Counted from the whole stretch's first letter, positions 24,341 to 37,250 are shown. The stretch: DNA of 63,499 nucleotides, filler included, from Globobulimina sp. (GCA_003354225.1; 44 parts of 44 records of this genome joined end to end with filler, not necessarily neighbours in it); one strand, 5' to 3'. The notes: generated by a model from the letters alone, not told the origin. Numbers and translations are program-made.

Positions 24341-24940
24341 TAAAAGTCAAGTGCTCATCAGATACTAGTTGTTTTTTGTTTGTTTTTTGTAGTTAGTTTG
24401 CAAAACCTCTTCTTTCTCATCTGGTTTTCACATATTTTGATAAACATAACTCAGTATCTCAAACACGACAGGTTCTGTAGCANNNNNNNNNNNNNNNNNN
24501 NNNNNNNNNNNNNNNNNNNNNNNNNNTTAATTAATTAANNNNNNNNNNNNNNNNNNNNNNNNNNNNNNNNNNNNNNNNNNNNTGCACAGAAAAACAAAAC
24601 ATATTTTAAAAGAAGAAAGATGGACATTTATAATGGGATATGATGTAATGAACAGGCAATTTTATAGAGCCACTCAGTTTTATGATGAATCGATATTAGT
24701 TCGGGAGATTATGCAAATCCAAAAACGGTTTCCATTCGCAAGAGATAAATTACCAAAAAAAGAATTGTAGATTACTTTGGAACAATAATAACAAAAAAAA
24801 CTAGTTCAAATTAAATTATTTTTTCATTTTTCTTGGTTGCTAAAAGATAACAAACTCGTATATAAATCAAGAATTTCAAATCAAACATACTTATGGGAAC
24901 TCAACTATAAGCTAGTTTAAAAAAACAAAATAATGCACTG

Positions 24941-25928
24941 ATGACTTTATCAAAATGTACTAAATTAAAAAATTATCAATATATTCATTTAATGAAAGAT
25001 TTGGAATCATGTAACAGCAAAACTGACCACCAAATCATATCGGTGACATTTAATTATTATAACAAAATCAGTGAAGAAAAAAATCATTATTCAATCAATA
25101 AAGTATTAAAAATATGCAGTGGTCGTATTGTGGAACCACATTTAATATTTAATATTTGGAGAGACATAATAAACACAAATAATATAACAAATGTGTCACA
25201 AGGATTGCTTATGAAAACATGTTCCAATGTTTTAAAATTAAAACAAAGAAAAGAAAATGTGTCCATTATTGACATACAAAAATGCATTGAAATATTGCAA
25301 TATATCTTAGCTAACAACACATTGAAGGATGATATTAATGTTTATTGTTTGCTGATTCATTCATTTGGTCTATGCTCACAAATTGATAATGCGATAGATA
25401 TATTTTATTCTATTCCTGAAAACAAAATTGATATTCATATGATTGGCTCATTAATGACTGCGTACATAAATAATAAACAATATGACAATGCATTATCATT
25501 ATACACACAGTGCCATTTATCACATGATGATGTCACCCATTTACTGGCCATCAAATCGTGTCAAAATAGTGGTAACCGTGAATTTGGAAATCAAATAATA
25601 TCGCAACATATCGATTATTTGAACATCAATGCAAATCATAGTCTAACATTATTGAACGCATTGATTGATTTTTATGGCCAATTTAATGATGTTTTGAAGG
25701 CAGAAAATGTCTTTGAATCCATCGCCAAACACAAGCGAAATATGATAAATATCAATGCGATGATGACATGCTATTTAAACAATGGTTATAATGAGAAATG
25801 TTTGCTGTTTTATCAAGACAGCAAAATGAAAGATGAAGTTTCACATTTACTGGCATTAAAAGGATGTGTTAAGAATAAAAATTATAAATTTGGCAAAGAA
25901 ATCATTAAAAACTATGTTGAGATCAAGC
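24941..25928 (+). CDS. Pentatricopeptide-repeat protein, PLS-like array, 3'-partial
   Basis: Triplets of the type LIHSFG..SQIDNAIDIFYSI / IGSLMTAYINN..YDNALSLY / DDVTHLLAIKSC....FGNQII, repeated twice. Confidence 0.88.
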
Positions 25929-26028
25929 NNNNNNNNNNNNNNNNNNNNNNNNNNNNNNNNNNNNNNNNNNNNTTAATTAATTAANNNNNNNNNNNNNNNN
26001 NNNNNNNNNNNNNNNNNNNNNNNNNNNN

Positions 26029-27374
26029 GGCGACTGGATATAGTCTGTTGGATAATTCGCTGATCGTTGATAGCCTGAAATGTAAATAAGATATAGATTT
26101 GTATCAGATATCATATGCACAGAATATTCGCCATAATTGAATTGGAATGGATTTGGAAATAAGTTTAAATTTTCTTCATAATACACATCGTCATCTATAT
26201 GATAGGAAATATCAATGGTATTATCTAAAAAATTTGTATTTGTATTATTGACAAAAAAACCAATATCCAACAACGATTTAAAAAGAGTCGGTTCAAAATC
26301 ACCAAAGAATTTAATGGAAATATCGTCATCGTTTATATCTGATTCAATATCATCGTAATACAGCAAGAACGCAGATGTATCAATTAAATAACAATATTGT
26401 TGTGCACTGATATCGCATTCATTCGCCATAATATTATTCCAAAATGACAGAAATACATTAAATTCATAGTCAAATGCAACGACACCAAATGGATAAACAG
26501 AATCCGGGGCATTAACACTGGTCGCACCACTCGCCACTAACAAACCAGTGGTGGAATCCGCATAAGGCGTCGTAAATACAAACAAATCTTGATATGAAAC
26601 TGCTCGCTGATACCATGGCCGCAACAAACAGCTATATTCGCGTTTATAGGCCGTTGCTGGAAAGGTTACCGATACACCTTGATATGAACCGAAATATAAG
26701 CGAAAAAATGTAGAATTGGAGTGAAAATATGCTGTGCGCCAAAATTCTGCTAATGCGGCCATGCTATAAATTGTATTCTCTATTTTCTCAGATACTTCAG
26801 AGCGAAATCCACCATATGGCAACGACGAGCTTTGTACGATACCAATTCTGTTTGTTAATTTATGCAAAGCTTCTATCTCATCGCAGGTTGCCTCAATATT
26901 TAAAAAATTGATGGAATCACTCCAACCACCGGCGTGCAAAAACCATGCTGGATATTTATAGGATACACGCAAGCCGTTACCATCTGAGACAATGCCGGCT
27001 TGCTCCATCCATGAACTGTCACACTCTACGACTCTCTCAATATCATCCATCAAATTGAATGGCGCAATGCATTGGAATGGCAATGTGTCATTGGTACACT
27101 CATCATTGGCCATCAGTGATCCAAAGAAGCCAAACCCTTTAATATATGGTGCAGCGATTCCACTTTCTGTGTATATCACTATTCCAATGGATAAGGAAGA
27201 GGGCCCAACACCGGCATAAATGTATAACAGTTCTACGGTTTCATAAATATACCCATTGTATGCTACATTGCCCGCAGCTTGTTTCACATTGGCGGTGATT
27301 TTGACCATACCACTTTTACGCATGGTTACTAGTGTCGTATTGAACTCTGCCGGTTCCAAATCATCAATATACAC
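26029..27374 (-). CDS. Cache-domain protein (alpha2delta/CACHD1-like), internal fragment
   Basis: YFGSYQG...FP, RPWYQRAV, TTPYAD, GVVAFD, CYLIDTSAF. Open across the contig. Confidence 0.8.
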
Positions 27375-28920
27375 NNNNNNNNNNNNNNNNNNNNNNNNNN
27401 NNNNNNNNNNNNNNNNNNTTAATTAATTAANNNNNNNNNNNNNNNNNNNNNNNNNNNNNNNNNNNNNNNNNNNNAATACCATTAGTACCTGTTGGTAACA
27501 TCGATTCATCAGTACCTAATAATGAATTCGGTTTATTTTCAAAATTTCTATTAAGCTAAAGTGGAAACCAAAACATATTTACATTGCTATTGGTTCAATG
27601 AGAGAAGGCTAAAAATTATCAAAACAAATTGTTATAAAACAAACATTCTCATAGTAGAACACTCAAATAAGCAATAAATGGCAAGCAGTAATAATAAAAA
27701 CATTTAAGTTTCTTTTTAAACATTTTGAAGTGACTGCAAACAATAATTATTGAGCTTATTCGAATTATTTGAGGATATAAATGGTAAATTGTCATTGTGA
27801 TACAATTGAAGCTGTTGAATTTGTTTCTAAAATTCTACTTGAACCTAAATGTGTTTTTCTCGCGCTTTGTTCCGACTATTTGCAAATAAATAGTAAGTTA
27901 AATTGACGCGTAAATTGATGGGTATATTTCAACTGTAAATATCAGAAACTAGATAACTCAGGTCACCCATCTTATATCTTTTAACCGATTCAATAAATAT
28001 AACGCCTTTTGAATTGTGCTTCATATGGTTATATCAGTTAGTAGTTTCAAACTTAAGTGAAATTGTTACAAACATTAATAATTATCCTTTGGTTATTTAG
28101 ACATAAACGGACAACTTCGAAGTATACCAAAGCAGCCAAATCAAGCAAGATCGATCCCGCAATTTGACTGGACCTCCGAGACTAATAGAAAATTAGGTCA
28201 ATCAACCTTGTTGAAGAATCGCGAGTAATATTTATCTAATTTGTACTTGTATTCAAATAATCCGTTCCATGTGAATATAACGTTACATTACAATCACAAA
28301 CGTACTCTTCCATGTATATTATTATCAAGATGATACTTTATTCTTCTTTTGTTGCGTGCTGGTGATGTTCACCCAAATCCTGAGCCTAATGATTTTCAAA
28401 ATTAGGCCTTAAAATGATGCATGCATAAGCAGTTCAAAACTAGGAATGTGTCCAGTAGCGTATGCAGGTACACACTCCTTAAAGACGTTGAAGGGTACAC
28501 ACTCCTTGAAGTTTACACAATTACAATGTACAATTACAATGTTTGCACGAACGCAATACCCAACACCTTTGCATGATTACACAATTACAATGAAAGGATT
28601 GGATACATGGAATCCAGTTAATAAACGCTTGCAGAAAGTGCTGTTTTCGGGAAACTGAGTGCGGAAACGTAGCATGTGTTAAAAATACTGCTGGTACTGG
28701 TCACTGTAGAGGCTTATTGCTGACTCTCTAAAACAGAATTTTTAAAATTTAAACCTACAGCCTACCCTACAGCCAATAAATCCCAATGCACGAAGAGAAA
28801 GGGAGCCTACGTACACTTTGNNNNNNNNNNNNNNNNNNNNNNNNNNNNNNNNNNNNNNNNNNNNTTAATTAATTAANNNNNNNNNNNNNNNNNNNNNNNN
28901 NNNNNNNNNNNNNNNNNNNN

Positions 28921-30218
28921 AGGAATCGACGACATTTCCACAAAAAACATGTCAGAGGGCCCACAACCTTCGATCAAGCCTTCATCCTTGGAGTCGGACT
29001 GCATAATTTCCTCAATCTTCTGCTCCGTTTTGCTTTGTTCCTGTTTGCTTGGCAATAAATCAAACATCGTTTCCAATATACTCAGCGTGATAACGCTTTC
29101 ATCCATATCTGAAATGCCATCATAAATCACTTCATTCGAAAGACCAACTTTCTTCAAACCAATCTGAATCATTTGATCCCGCTTAGCATCCAACCATTTA
29201 ATTGTGTTTTTCTTCGACAATTTCCTCTCTCCATTCTCGCTGTGATGGCCTCCACCAAAATTGGGCAAACCCGCCATTCGAGTCTTGCGTAGATTAGTTT
29301 TGGGAGGTTTTCTCTGCCGAACTGTCGCGATTTTGTACCAAAACATCACATCAAAAGCATACAGATATGAATGTAGCACATACTTTGAAATTGCAACTCG
29401 AATTTAGAACTGATTCCAATTTCTTGATCAGTGTGTTTTTTAGCAAATTTCTCCCAAATTGTGTTCTTTATCGCTTTCAATTCAATAACTGTCCAATGGA
29501 TACGTTTGAGTTTCTTGACGCGGGTTGGAGTGACTTCAATTTTGGGTTTCAACCCCATTTCGATCGCTAACTGAGTGATTTGAGACTTTTTGTTTTTCTT
29601 TTTTTTCTTTTTCTTCTTACCAGTATTATCCGACAATATTTCTTCTTCAAAGGCTTGGATATCTTCTTTGGAAAAGCCATCCATTCGCATTTTATTTATG
29701 ATGCTCGCATGCGGCATATTTATCTTCTTCATGGTTTTGTATTTATTGAATCGAATATCATTCACATCAATGCTCGGTCCGTCTGAGTCTGAATCATCGC
29801 TATCGAGAGCACCGCCGTCCAGTGGTTCGCCTTTAAACTCTGCAATCAATGCATCAGAACATTGATCCATTCGCATTCGATTTATAATGGACTGGAACGG
29901 CATTCCTGTAACAATATAAAGTAAAAAACGTATCAGCATAAATATATACAAACCAATTTTCTTCATAGTTTCATATTTCTTCAACTTTGGATTGGGTTTG
30001 GACGCAGTTTTAGTTTGATTGATATTTTTCTCTTCTTCAGCGGGAGACTGCACAGCGAGTGTTACTGTCAACGATTCAGAAATGGACTGATGTAACGCAT
30101 TAATTTGTATCTGTTTTGGCTGTGTGTTTTCTTTCTGTTTTTTTTCGTTGTCTGCGGATGGGGCCGTTTTTGATTTAGTTAATATTGGCTGATTTGGCAA
30201 TGTTGGCAATGTTGGCAA
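28921..30218 (-). CDS. Formin (start of FH2) preceded by two CCDC53/DUF2360-like repeats; introns 29322-29383 and 29906-29953
   Basis: KYETMKKIG|MPFQSIINRMRMD and KYKTMKKINMPHASIINKMRMDG; FH2 motifs KLKRIHW, NTIW, WLDAKRDQMIQIGL. Confidence 0.8.
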
Positions 30219-30366
30219 TTTTTTGGATAGTTTGGAGTTGATAATTCTATTATATTTTGCTAATGTNNNNNNNNNNNNNNNNNNNNNNNNNNNNNNNNNN
30301 NNNNNNNNNNTTAATTAATTAANNNNNNNNNNNNNNNNNNNNNNNNNNNNNNNNNNNNNNNNNNNN

Positions 30367-31530
30367 TCATTAATTACAACTGCAAACTCAACTATTTCCG
30401 TTGTCGAAGCTGATCTGACATTGACATTTTTTTTTATATTGCGGAATTCTACAAATTATGCACAGCTTTATTATGTTACAAAAGAAAATACAGCCATTGC
30501 TGGACATGATTTTATGTCAATCAATCAATCGTTAATATGGCATACGTATGACATAAAAGAGAATAATTTTGTGAAGAAAATTGAAATAAAAATTTATGAT
30601 GATAATATCTGGGAAATTAAACACAAAACATTTGCTTTATCATTATACAAATCGTTTGGTGTTAGCACCCCTATCGATACAGTTACATTTATAATTACTG
30701 ACAATGACAAACCTATTTGTAATGTGACAAAATGGAGTAACTGGACTGACTGTAATGTAATCAAAGGAAATGAGAAAATATACCAATGGAAGATTGATTC
30801 TTTTGCAGATGAACTGTACCATTTACATTGTCATAATATCACCCAATCAAAATATTGTACAAATTGGGACAAATCGTTACAAGAAGGAATTGTAATCAGT
30901 CCCTTTCAATTAACATTCGACATCGATAATATAAATATAAATTATCAATATAAAAAAGAATTATCTGTTATGTTAGAAACAGCACCAAACTTAACAGCAG
31001 ATTTAGGATATAATCCATATCAAATTGGCGAGAATAAAATTGTTGCACAAGTTAGTCTGTCTGATGAAAGTTTATTATTTTATCCAAAGACTGTTAGATT
31101 TACTGTTAATTCCTGGTACTTTCCACAATCAATATTTGTTACTCTTATCAATACCACGTACTTAACTAATAAAACTTATTTATTTCCAAAAATAACAATT
31201 ACATCTCCGGATTCTCAATATTTTGAATTGGATGAAAATAGAAAATCTACTTTAGGAACTTTGGTGGTTATAATTAGTCAAAATATAAATGTAAATGAAA
31301 ATACTAATAATGACATTGATAAAAATAAAAAGAACAATAAAAATAATGCAATAATTATAATCGTATGCATAGCCCTATTTTGTGTGGTATTATTATTTAT
31401 TTATCGATATCGATTAAAAAGAAAAAAAAAGAAAAATAAACTGAAAAAATCTGCAAAAAAAAACAAAACGGAAAAATACAAAGAATATGAGGATGATGCA
31501 ATATTGGAAGATTTACTTGACATAAAATAA
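30367..31530 (+). CDS. Single-pass surface protein with Calx-beta and TSP1-like domains, 5'-partial
   Basis: TAIAGHDF...IYDDNIWE...IITDND (Calx-beta); CNVTKWSNWTDC (TSP1); a TM helix followed by a Lys-rich tail. Confidence 0.75.
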   Translation, partial: SLITTANSTISVVEADLTLTFFFILRNSTNYAQLYYVTKENTAIAGHDFMSINQSLIWHTYDIKENNFVKKIEIKIYDDNIWEIKHKTFALSLYKSFGVSTPIDTVTFIITDNDKPICNVTKWSNWTDCNVIKGNEKIYQWKIDSFADELYHLHCHNITQSKYCTNWDKSLQEGIVISPFQLTFDIDNININYQYKKELSVMLETAPNLTADLGYNPYQIGENKIVAQVSLSDESLLFYPKTVRFTVNSWYFPQSIFVTLINTTYLTNKTYLFPKITITSPDSQYFELDENRKSTLGTLVVIISQNINVNENTNNDIDKNKKNNKNNAIIIIVCIALFCVVLLFIYRYRLKRKKKKNKLKKSAKKNKTEKYKEYEDDAILEDLLDIK

Positions 31531-31952
31531 CAAGTTATACAAAAAGATACGTTTTTCAAAAGCGTTATTCCCTTGTGATGTATTTAGCAATCTGCGTGAT
31601 TTATTATTTAGTGGATATGATGATGTTGCGATTCGTGAACTTGCCACGCGCAAATTCGCACATCCTCGACATGCTCAAAGTGAAAGTTTTGTTTGAAATT
31701 TAGTTTTCGTTTNNNNNNNNNNNNNNNNNNNNNNNNNNNNNNNNNNNNNNNNNNNNTTAATTAATTAANNNNNNNNNNNNNNNNNNNNNNNNNNNNNNNN
31801 NNNNNNNNNNNNGCATTCAAATTGGAGAGACGGTAATGCAGCCACTATTTATTAATATTTTAGCTGCACAGAATCAAAACTTTTCGTTTTATGCATACAA
31901 ACAGACGGAGATTTTAGAGAATATCAAATTTTACATCCTGTGATACAATACC

Positions 31953-33085
31953 TTAATCACATTGAATAGTATGGAAAAGATCGCATTTTTTACTTTGATT
32001 TTTTAATTCAATTTTCTGTGATTTTGATTTGTTTTCAATTCTTTGTTTGTATCTCTTAAAATATGTTTTGAACCACGGAGCAGTCAATACATCGATAGCT
32101 GAATATCTTTCACTTTGATTAACATTTAACATATTACCCATTAAATGCAATCCTTTTTTATTAAAATATTTAGTTAAACGGTGTATCTCCAAATACAGCG
32201 CAATCTTATTATTAGCAACACAATAATATCCATCATCTGCCTCTTCATCCGGTATTTGATAAAGTGAGTGACCGGTCGACACTTTATATAAAATTGTACC
32301 CAAACTCCAAATATCCGCTTTCATTCCATCGTATAATAATTCATTATATACGTTTGGCGCACATGCTTCAAATGAATCTTTTAAACCCCATTTACTAATT
32401 TCATATATCGACGCAGATGGATGAAACACTTCAGCCAATCCGAAATCTGCTAATTTCACAGCAACATTCGGATTTATACTGACTGTGCCATTAATATTAT
32501 CTTCGTTGATTATAAGATTGCCATCGCGAACAATGATATTTTGCAAACTTAATGCCAAATGGCAACATTTCATATCAGAATGCATCCAATGAATCATAAC
32601 ACAGATTTGCCAAAATAAAAATTTCATCACTTTTTTATAATCTGCTAATTTTAATTTCCTTTGTTTAATATACTGATGACATTCTGTTACAAACTGTGAC
32701 AAATTACAATTGCCCACATATTCCATAACTAAATAATAATGATCCTCAGTCTCAAAAAATTCAATGAATTTGGCTATGTATCTACCATTTGGTCGATTGT
32801 TTTTGGTTAAATATTTGCTGCATTTATTAATATTCAATGTACAGTACATAAATATATGTAAAAGTAATATAAATTGTATAATACATACAGTATCATAGCT
32901 TCTTTAACAATATTTTCGTAGACAATAACTCGTAAATTATCTTGTACGGCTTCGCCGGAGTTATGTAATGATTTTGATGTTTGTTTTATAGCCACTCGTT
33001 CTAATCCGGTTTTTGCTCTTTTATATGGATCGGTAATGAGTGCTTCATACATCGCACCTTGTAACCATGTTGAAAAAAGACGCAA
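31953..33085 (-). CDS. Ser/Thr protein kinase-like (CAMK/Aurora-like), probable pseudokinase; intron 32818-32888
   Basis: VAIK, LVMEY, LADFGLAE and KADIWSLG are present. The catalytic loop reads CHLALSLQN, with no Asp. Confidence 0.85.
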
Positions 33086-33743
33086 TCTGTTTTTTATTAT
33101 TTATTTATTGCTGGCTTAATTTTTTAGATTGTCTTCAAAATAAGATAGCTGGATAGCTNNNNNNNNNNNNNNNNNNNNNNNNNNNNNNNNNNNNNNNNNN
33201 NNTTAATTAATTAANNNNNNNNNNNNNNNNNNNNNNNNNNNNNNNNNNNNNNNNNNNNGCACAACATAAAACGAAAAATCAATTTCTATTATTTGTATCT
33301 GTTAATGAAAAAATTAAATTAAAAAATAGAAATTGTACCTCAAGTTTTCAAGTCATTTTTAACATTTTAATCAAAATTAAAAAAACTGATTTTGTTTGTA
33401 ACAATAAAAAAAAAACAATGTCAAACGTACTAAGCAGCGTCACCGGTTGTTGAAATCCTGTCAGAGCATGATTTTGACCCTACAATTGATTATAACAACA
33501 AGTTGTACAGAATAACTTTTTTTTTTGTATATGAAATCTCAAATATAATTTTTTTGTTATAAAAACTGAAAATGTAATAAATTAAATATATTAAAAAAAT
33601 AATGTCTTAGTACAGTTGCCGATCCAATTAACTGTGTTTTGCACTAATATTGTTTTTGTATTATAGTGAATATAAATTAATATTAGTTTTTTTTTTGTGA
33701 TTTGAACTGTGTCTAAACAATCCTCTAACTGAACATCAGTAAC

Positions 33744-34268
33744 ATGGCTACTAGTACGTATACCACGAATGTTGATGCCTATGAAACGCCAGAAGATACA
33801 TATTGGGGTAAAAGACTTCGGCAATTCGTGAAAGAAGATCGAAATGGAGGACTCGAAGGGGTATTTGCTGCATTACTGATGACAGTGGGCGCCGCAGCAC
33901 TGACAATATCAAAAGATGATTTCGTTGGTGAAGCATTTCCATTTGTATCCACATTATATGTTGCTGCCAATGCTATAAGTTTTTCGTTGTCATTTATTTC
34001 AGTAATTGTGGGAACGCAACGATATTCGTATTATAATAATGTTCCATCGGCCTTGATTGACAGAGCAATTGCAAGAGATAAACAAATGAGTGTTTCATGG
34101 ATGGTTTACGGTGCTGTTATAGCGCAAGGAATTGGTGTCACTGCGGGTGTTAACCTATTGTTTGAATATGAAGACTATGCGGGAATGGTTGTTGGTGTGT
34201 TAGGATTGGCCATGTTGGCCTATGTATATTATTTGGGAAGAAAATCAAATCAAAGCTTGAAATTGTAA
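33744..34268 (+). CDS. Four-TM protein, PGG-domain-like
   Basis: Complete 174-aa ORF with VFAALLMTVG...LYVAANAISFSLS and four hydrophobic helices. Confidence 0.6.
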   Translation: MATSTYTTNVDAYETPEDTYWGKRLRQFVKEDRNGGLEGVFAALLMTVGAAALTISKDDFVGEAFPFVSTLYVAANAISFSLSFISVIVGTQRYSYYNNVPSALIDRAIARDKQMSVSWMVYGAVIAQGIGVTAGVNLLFEYEDYAGMVVGVLGLAMLAYVYYLGRKSNQSLKL

Positions 34269-34703
34269 TTTTATTTTATTTTATTGCTACTTTTTTTATT
34301 TTTATGTTTTTTACCTTGGACTTTTTGTTGGTTTGTTTATTTTTTTTTTGGTTTGTTTGTCTTTTTCCGATTCAGAAAGTTTTTTCATTCGTTCTGCGCT
34401 TTTGTCCTTCTCTCGTTTAACTCGAAACTATTAACTATATTTAACGTTATTTTACTATGTCATTTGAATTTTGAACCAATTATTCAATAAATTGGAGGTT
34501 TGGAATTTTATTGTCCAGTATAGGCAAATTAGACGTGTATAAATTGAAATTTTTGATGATTGGAATAAAAACTGAAGCTCATTTATCGGAAGGAAAATAG
34601 GTTNNNNNNNNNNNNNNNNNNNNNNNNNNNNNNNNNNNNNNNNNNNNTTAATTAATTAANNNNNNNNNNNNNNNNNNNNNNNNNNNNNNNNNNNNNNNNN
34701 NNN

Positions 34704-34995
34704 TCTGTCTGCTCTTTTGTGTGTGTCGTCTAACCTAAACTCTAAAAATAATTTTTTTCTGATTGGTTGACTCGAACATATGTGTAATCACTTTATGACT
34801 AAGCCAAAGCCCAACCAATCAAGAAAAAAATTAATTAAATTATTAATTTATTTTTTTCTTGATTGCTTGACTCGAACATATGTGTAATCACTTTATGACG
34901 CTCAGAGCCCACACCACACAAAAGAGCAGACAGAACACACGCGACACAAAAGCAGACAGAACACACCCCACACACCACACAAAAGAGCAGACAGA
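34704..34995. repeat. Composite direct and inverted repeat cluster
   Basis: An exact 33-bp direct repeat at 34767 and 34867. 34704-34723 is the reverse complement of 34915-34934 and 34976-34995. Confidence 0.85.
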
Positions 34996-36048
34996 ACACA
35001 CACCTTTTCCCACTCCGATGTCTTGCATTACAATTAAAACAAATGAAAACCTCACAATGATGCTTATAACATTTTATCATTCCATTGAAACTTCTATGAC
35101 TATAAACCTGTGCTGCATCAACCTCTTCCCATAAAACTTTTTCTTTCCGAGCAATACGTCCATCGCTATCCATTACAAGTAATATTTCATTCTCTTTATA
35201 TAACTTTGGACATTTTGAATGACATTCGTTACATTCAATAATTGTGTCATCATAACATTGATTACAAACACAATCAAATTCAATATTGCCTCCATATCTA
35301 TTCCTGGCATTAACACAATCAGAGACATCAGAGCTATATGGATCGATGCTGCAGTTTCGGCAAAATGCATCATAACATTTCATACATTTCGCAATTCCAT
35401 CACATTCATAACAACTTATATACACAAACAATGATTGCAAGTATGCGTAGATCCACAGCCACACTCACAATCATGTCCAATTATGAACGAGTTACATAAA
35501 TAACAATCGCGTCCATCCGGCAGATACATAGAATTGCTGCGTTCACTGCAATCAGAATAACACTCACATTTAGCATTCATTTCATCCACGCACACTTTAC
35601 AAAAATATTTATTTGTTTTCATGTAATTATAACATACATATCCGAGCTTAAGTAATGCGTCCGATTGATCAGTGTGATGATCATAGTCATCTGCAAATAA
35701 TACTGCTATTTCATTTGTACATTGTTTGTTTGTACATGTCTCAAATGTTCCAGTGGCATATTCTGCAATGTGTTTACTGATAGAATGTGGGATATTGAGT
35801 GTGTGGATATATTGAGAGGTATCAATCAGTTCAAATATTTGTTTAAATTGTTGATGATCGTTACTGTTTAAAAAATATGAAGAGGATATGTTTGGGACAC
35901 GGGCACTGAGAGATGAATTATTTTCTGTTCGTGGTTTTTTTTGTTGGTGCTTGTCATCAGTTGATTCAGCAGTATCATAGAATCGGTTTGATCTTTTACG
36001 ACTTTTTTGTGACGTTTCATTGTTGAATTTGATGGGATCAGACAGTGA
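34996..36048 (-). pseudogene. Cys-rich (multiple CxxC) protein with a frameshift near 35418
   Basis: Open from the contig edge through IPHSISKHIAEYATG..C to HCLCI-stop, then continues in another frame as SCYECDGIAKC. The 3' end runs into the repeat cluster. Confidence 0.6.
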
Positions 36049-36148
36049 NNNNNNNNNNNNNNNNNNNNNNNNNNNNNNNNNNNNNNNNNNNNTTAATTAA
36101 TTAANNNNNNNNNNNNNNNNNNNNNNNNNNNNNNNNNNNNNNNNNNNN

Positions 36149-36489
36149 AATATACTGTAGATATGAAGACCTTCAAGTAAATATACTGTATATGCGAAGA
36201 CCTTTGAGTAAATATACTGTATATGTCAAGCTCTTCAAGCAAATACACTGTTAATATGAATATCTTCGAGTAAATATATTGAAGATATGAAGATCTTCAA
36301 GTAAATATGCTTTAGATATGAAGATCTTCAAGTAAATATACTGTATGTGCAAAGATATTCGAGTAAATATACTGTATATGTCAATTTCTTCAAGTAAATA
36401 TACTGTTAATACAAATATCTTTGAGTAAATATACTGTAGATATGAAGATCTTCAAGTAAATATACTGTATATGCGAAGATATTTTAAGA
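36149..36489. repeat. Minisatellite, 11 x 31 bp (AATATACTGTAGATATGAAGATCTTCAAGTA consensus)
   Basis: Contiguous 31-bp units without spacers, extending to the contig edge. Confidence 0.95.
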
Positions 36490-36763
36490 AATTAATCATT
36501 GAAACGTACAGCATTTTCCATTTACAGCCAACAAACCGATTATATTTGTTTACTGTACCTTTGTGGCCGACTTTTAAAATTTTTAAGAACAAACTCATTT
36601 TCAATTCATTCATTTATTCACGACTTATTCGATCAACCAATCACATAATAGGAGGAGTTTTCTCTATTCATCCGATCGGCCTGAATTTCAAAATAGACTC
36701 GACCATATTTTATTTATTACTTATTTTACGTTTTCTGCTTATTTTTATTCAATACCATACAGT

Positions 36764-37092
36764 ATGACTTCCCCTTCAAATTTACCACTTCTCAGTAGTT
36801 CCATTCCACTCGAATCTTATGAACCAGCTTTGACGTAAGTTTCCCCCTTCTTGCACTACATTTTCCCTATATTTATTTATTTTTAAGTTATCCACCTCGT
36901 CCGATTGACATGCTAAATGTTGATGATCAAGTACGATGTCATCTTGAAAAAACAGGATCACCCGATCCTGCCAGTTTCTTTGTACGACCCGCAGAACTTC
37001 ATCAAGCTTTCACTGCTATGGAGGAAGAATTAAACAAATTTATGCAAAATTATCCCTCCAATATATTCATTTCAAAAGTAACACACATATAA
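36764..37092 (+). CDS. Small spliced ORF, join(36764..36834,36888..); 3' end uncertain
   Basis: A 53-nt GTAAGT..TTTTAAG intron joins the ATG exon in frame to ORF 36910..37092. Confidence 0.35.
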
Positions 37093-37105
37093 TAATCTTT
37101 TAACA

Positions 37106-37250
37106 TTACATTCAGACTGTAAATTACATTCGGACCGTAAATTGCATTTGGACTGTAAATTACATTCAACTGGACTTCCCTTATCAAATTATGTTATAAA
37201 TCATTACATTCAAAATTTCGTAAATTGCATTTGGACTGTAAATTACATTC
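37106..37250. repeat. Degenerate 18-bp repeat GTAAATT(A/G)CATT(C/T)GGAC(C/T)
   Basis: About 6 copies in two clusters. Confidence 0.8.

Noticed and set aside
28802..28810. GGAGCCTAC matching the start of the 43474 MITE TIR
   Set aside because: Only 9 nt near a contig end, and the following bases diverge.
27475..28820. Coding potential in this contig, including ORF 28446..28658
   Set aside because: Only short stop-interrupted frames and short direct repeats; nothing recognisable.
36149..36489. CRISPR array
   Set aside because: The 31-bp units are contiguous and degenerate, with no unique spacers and no cas genes.
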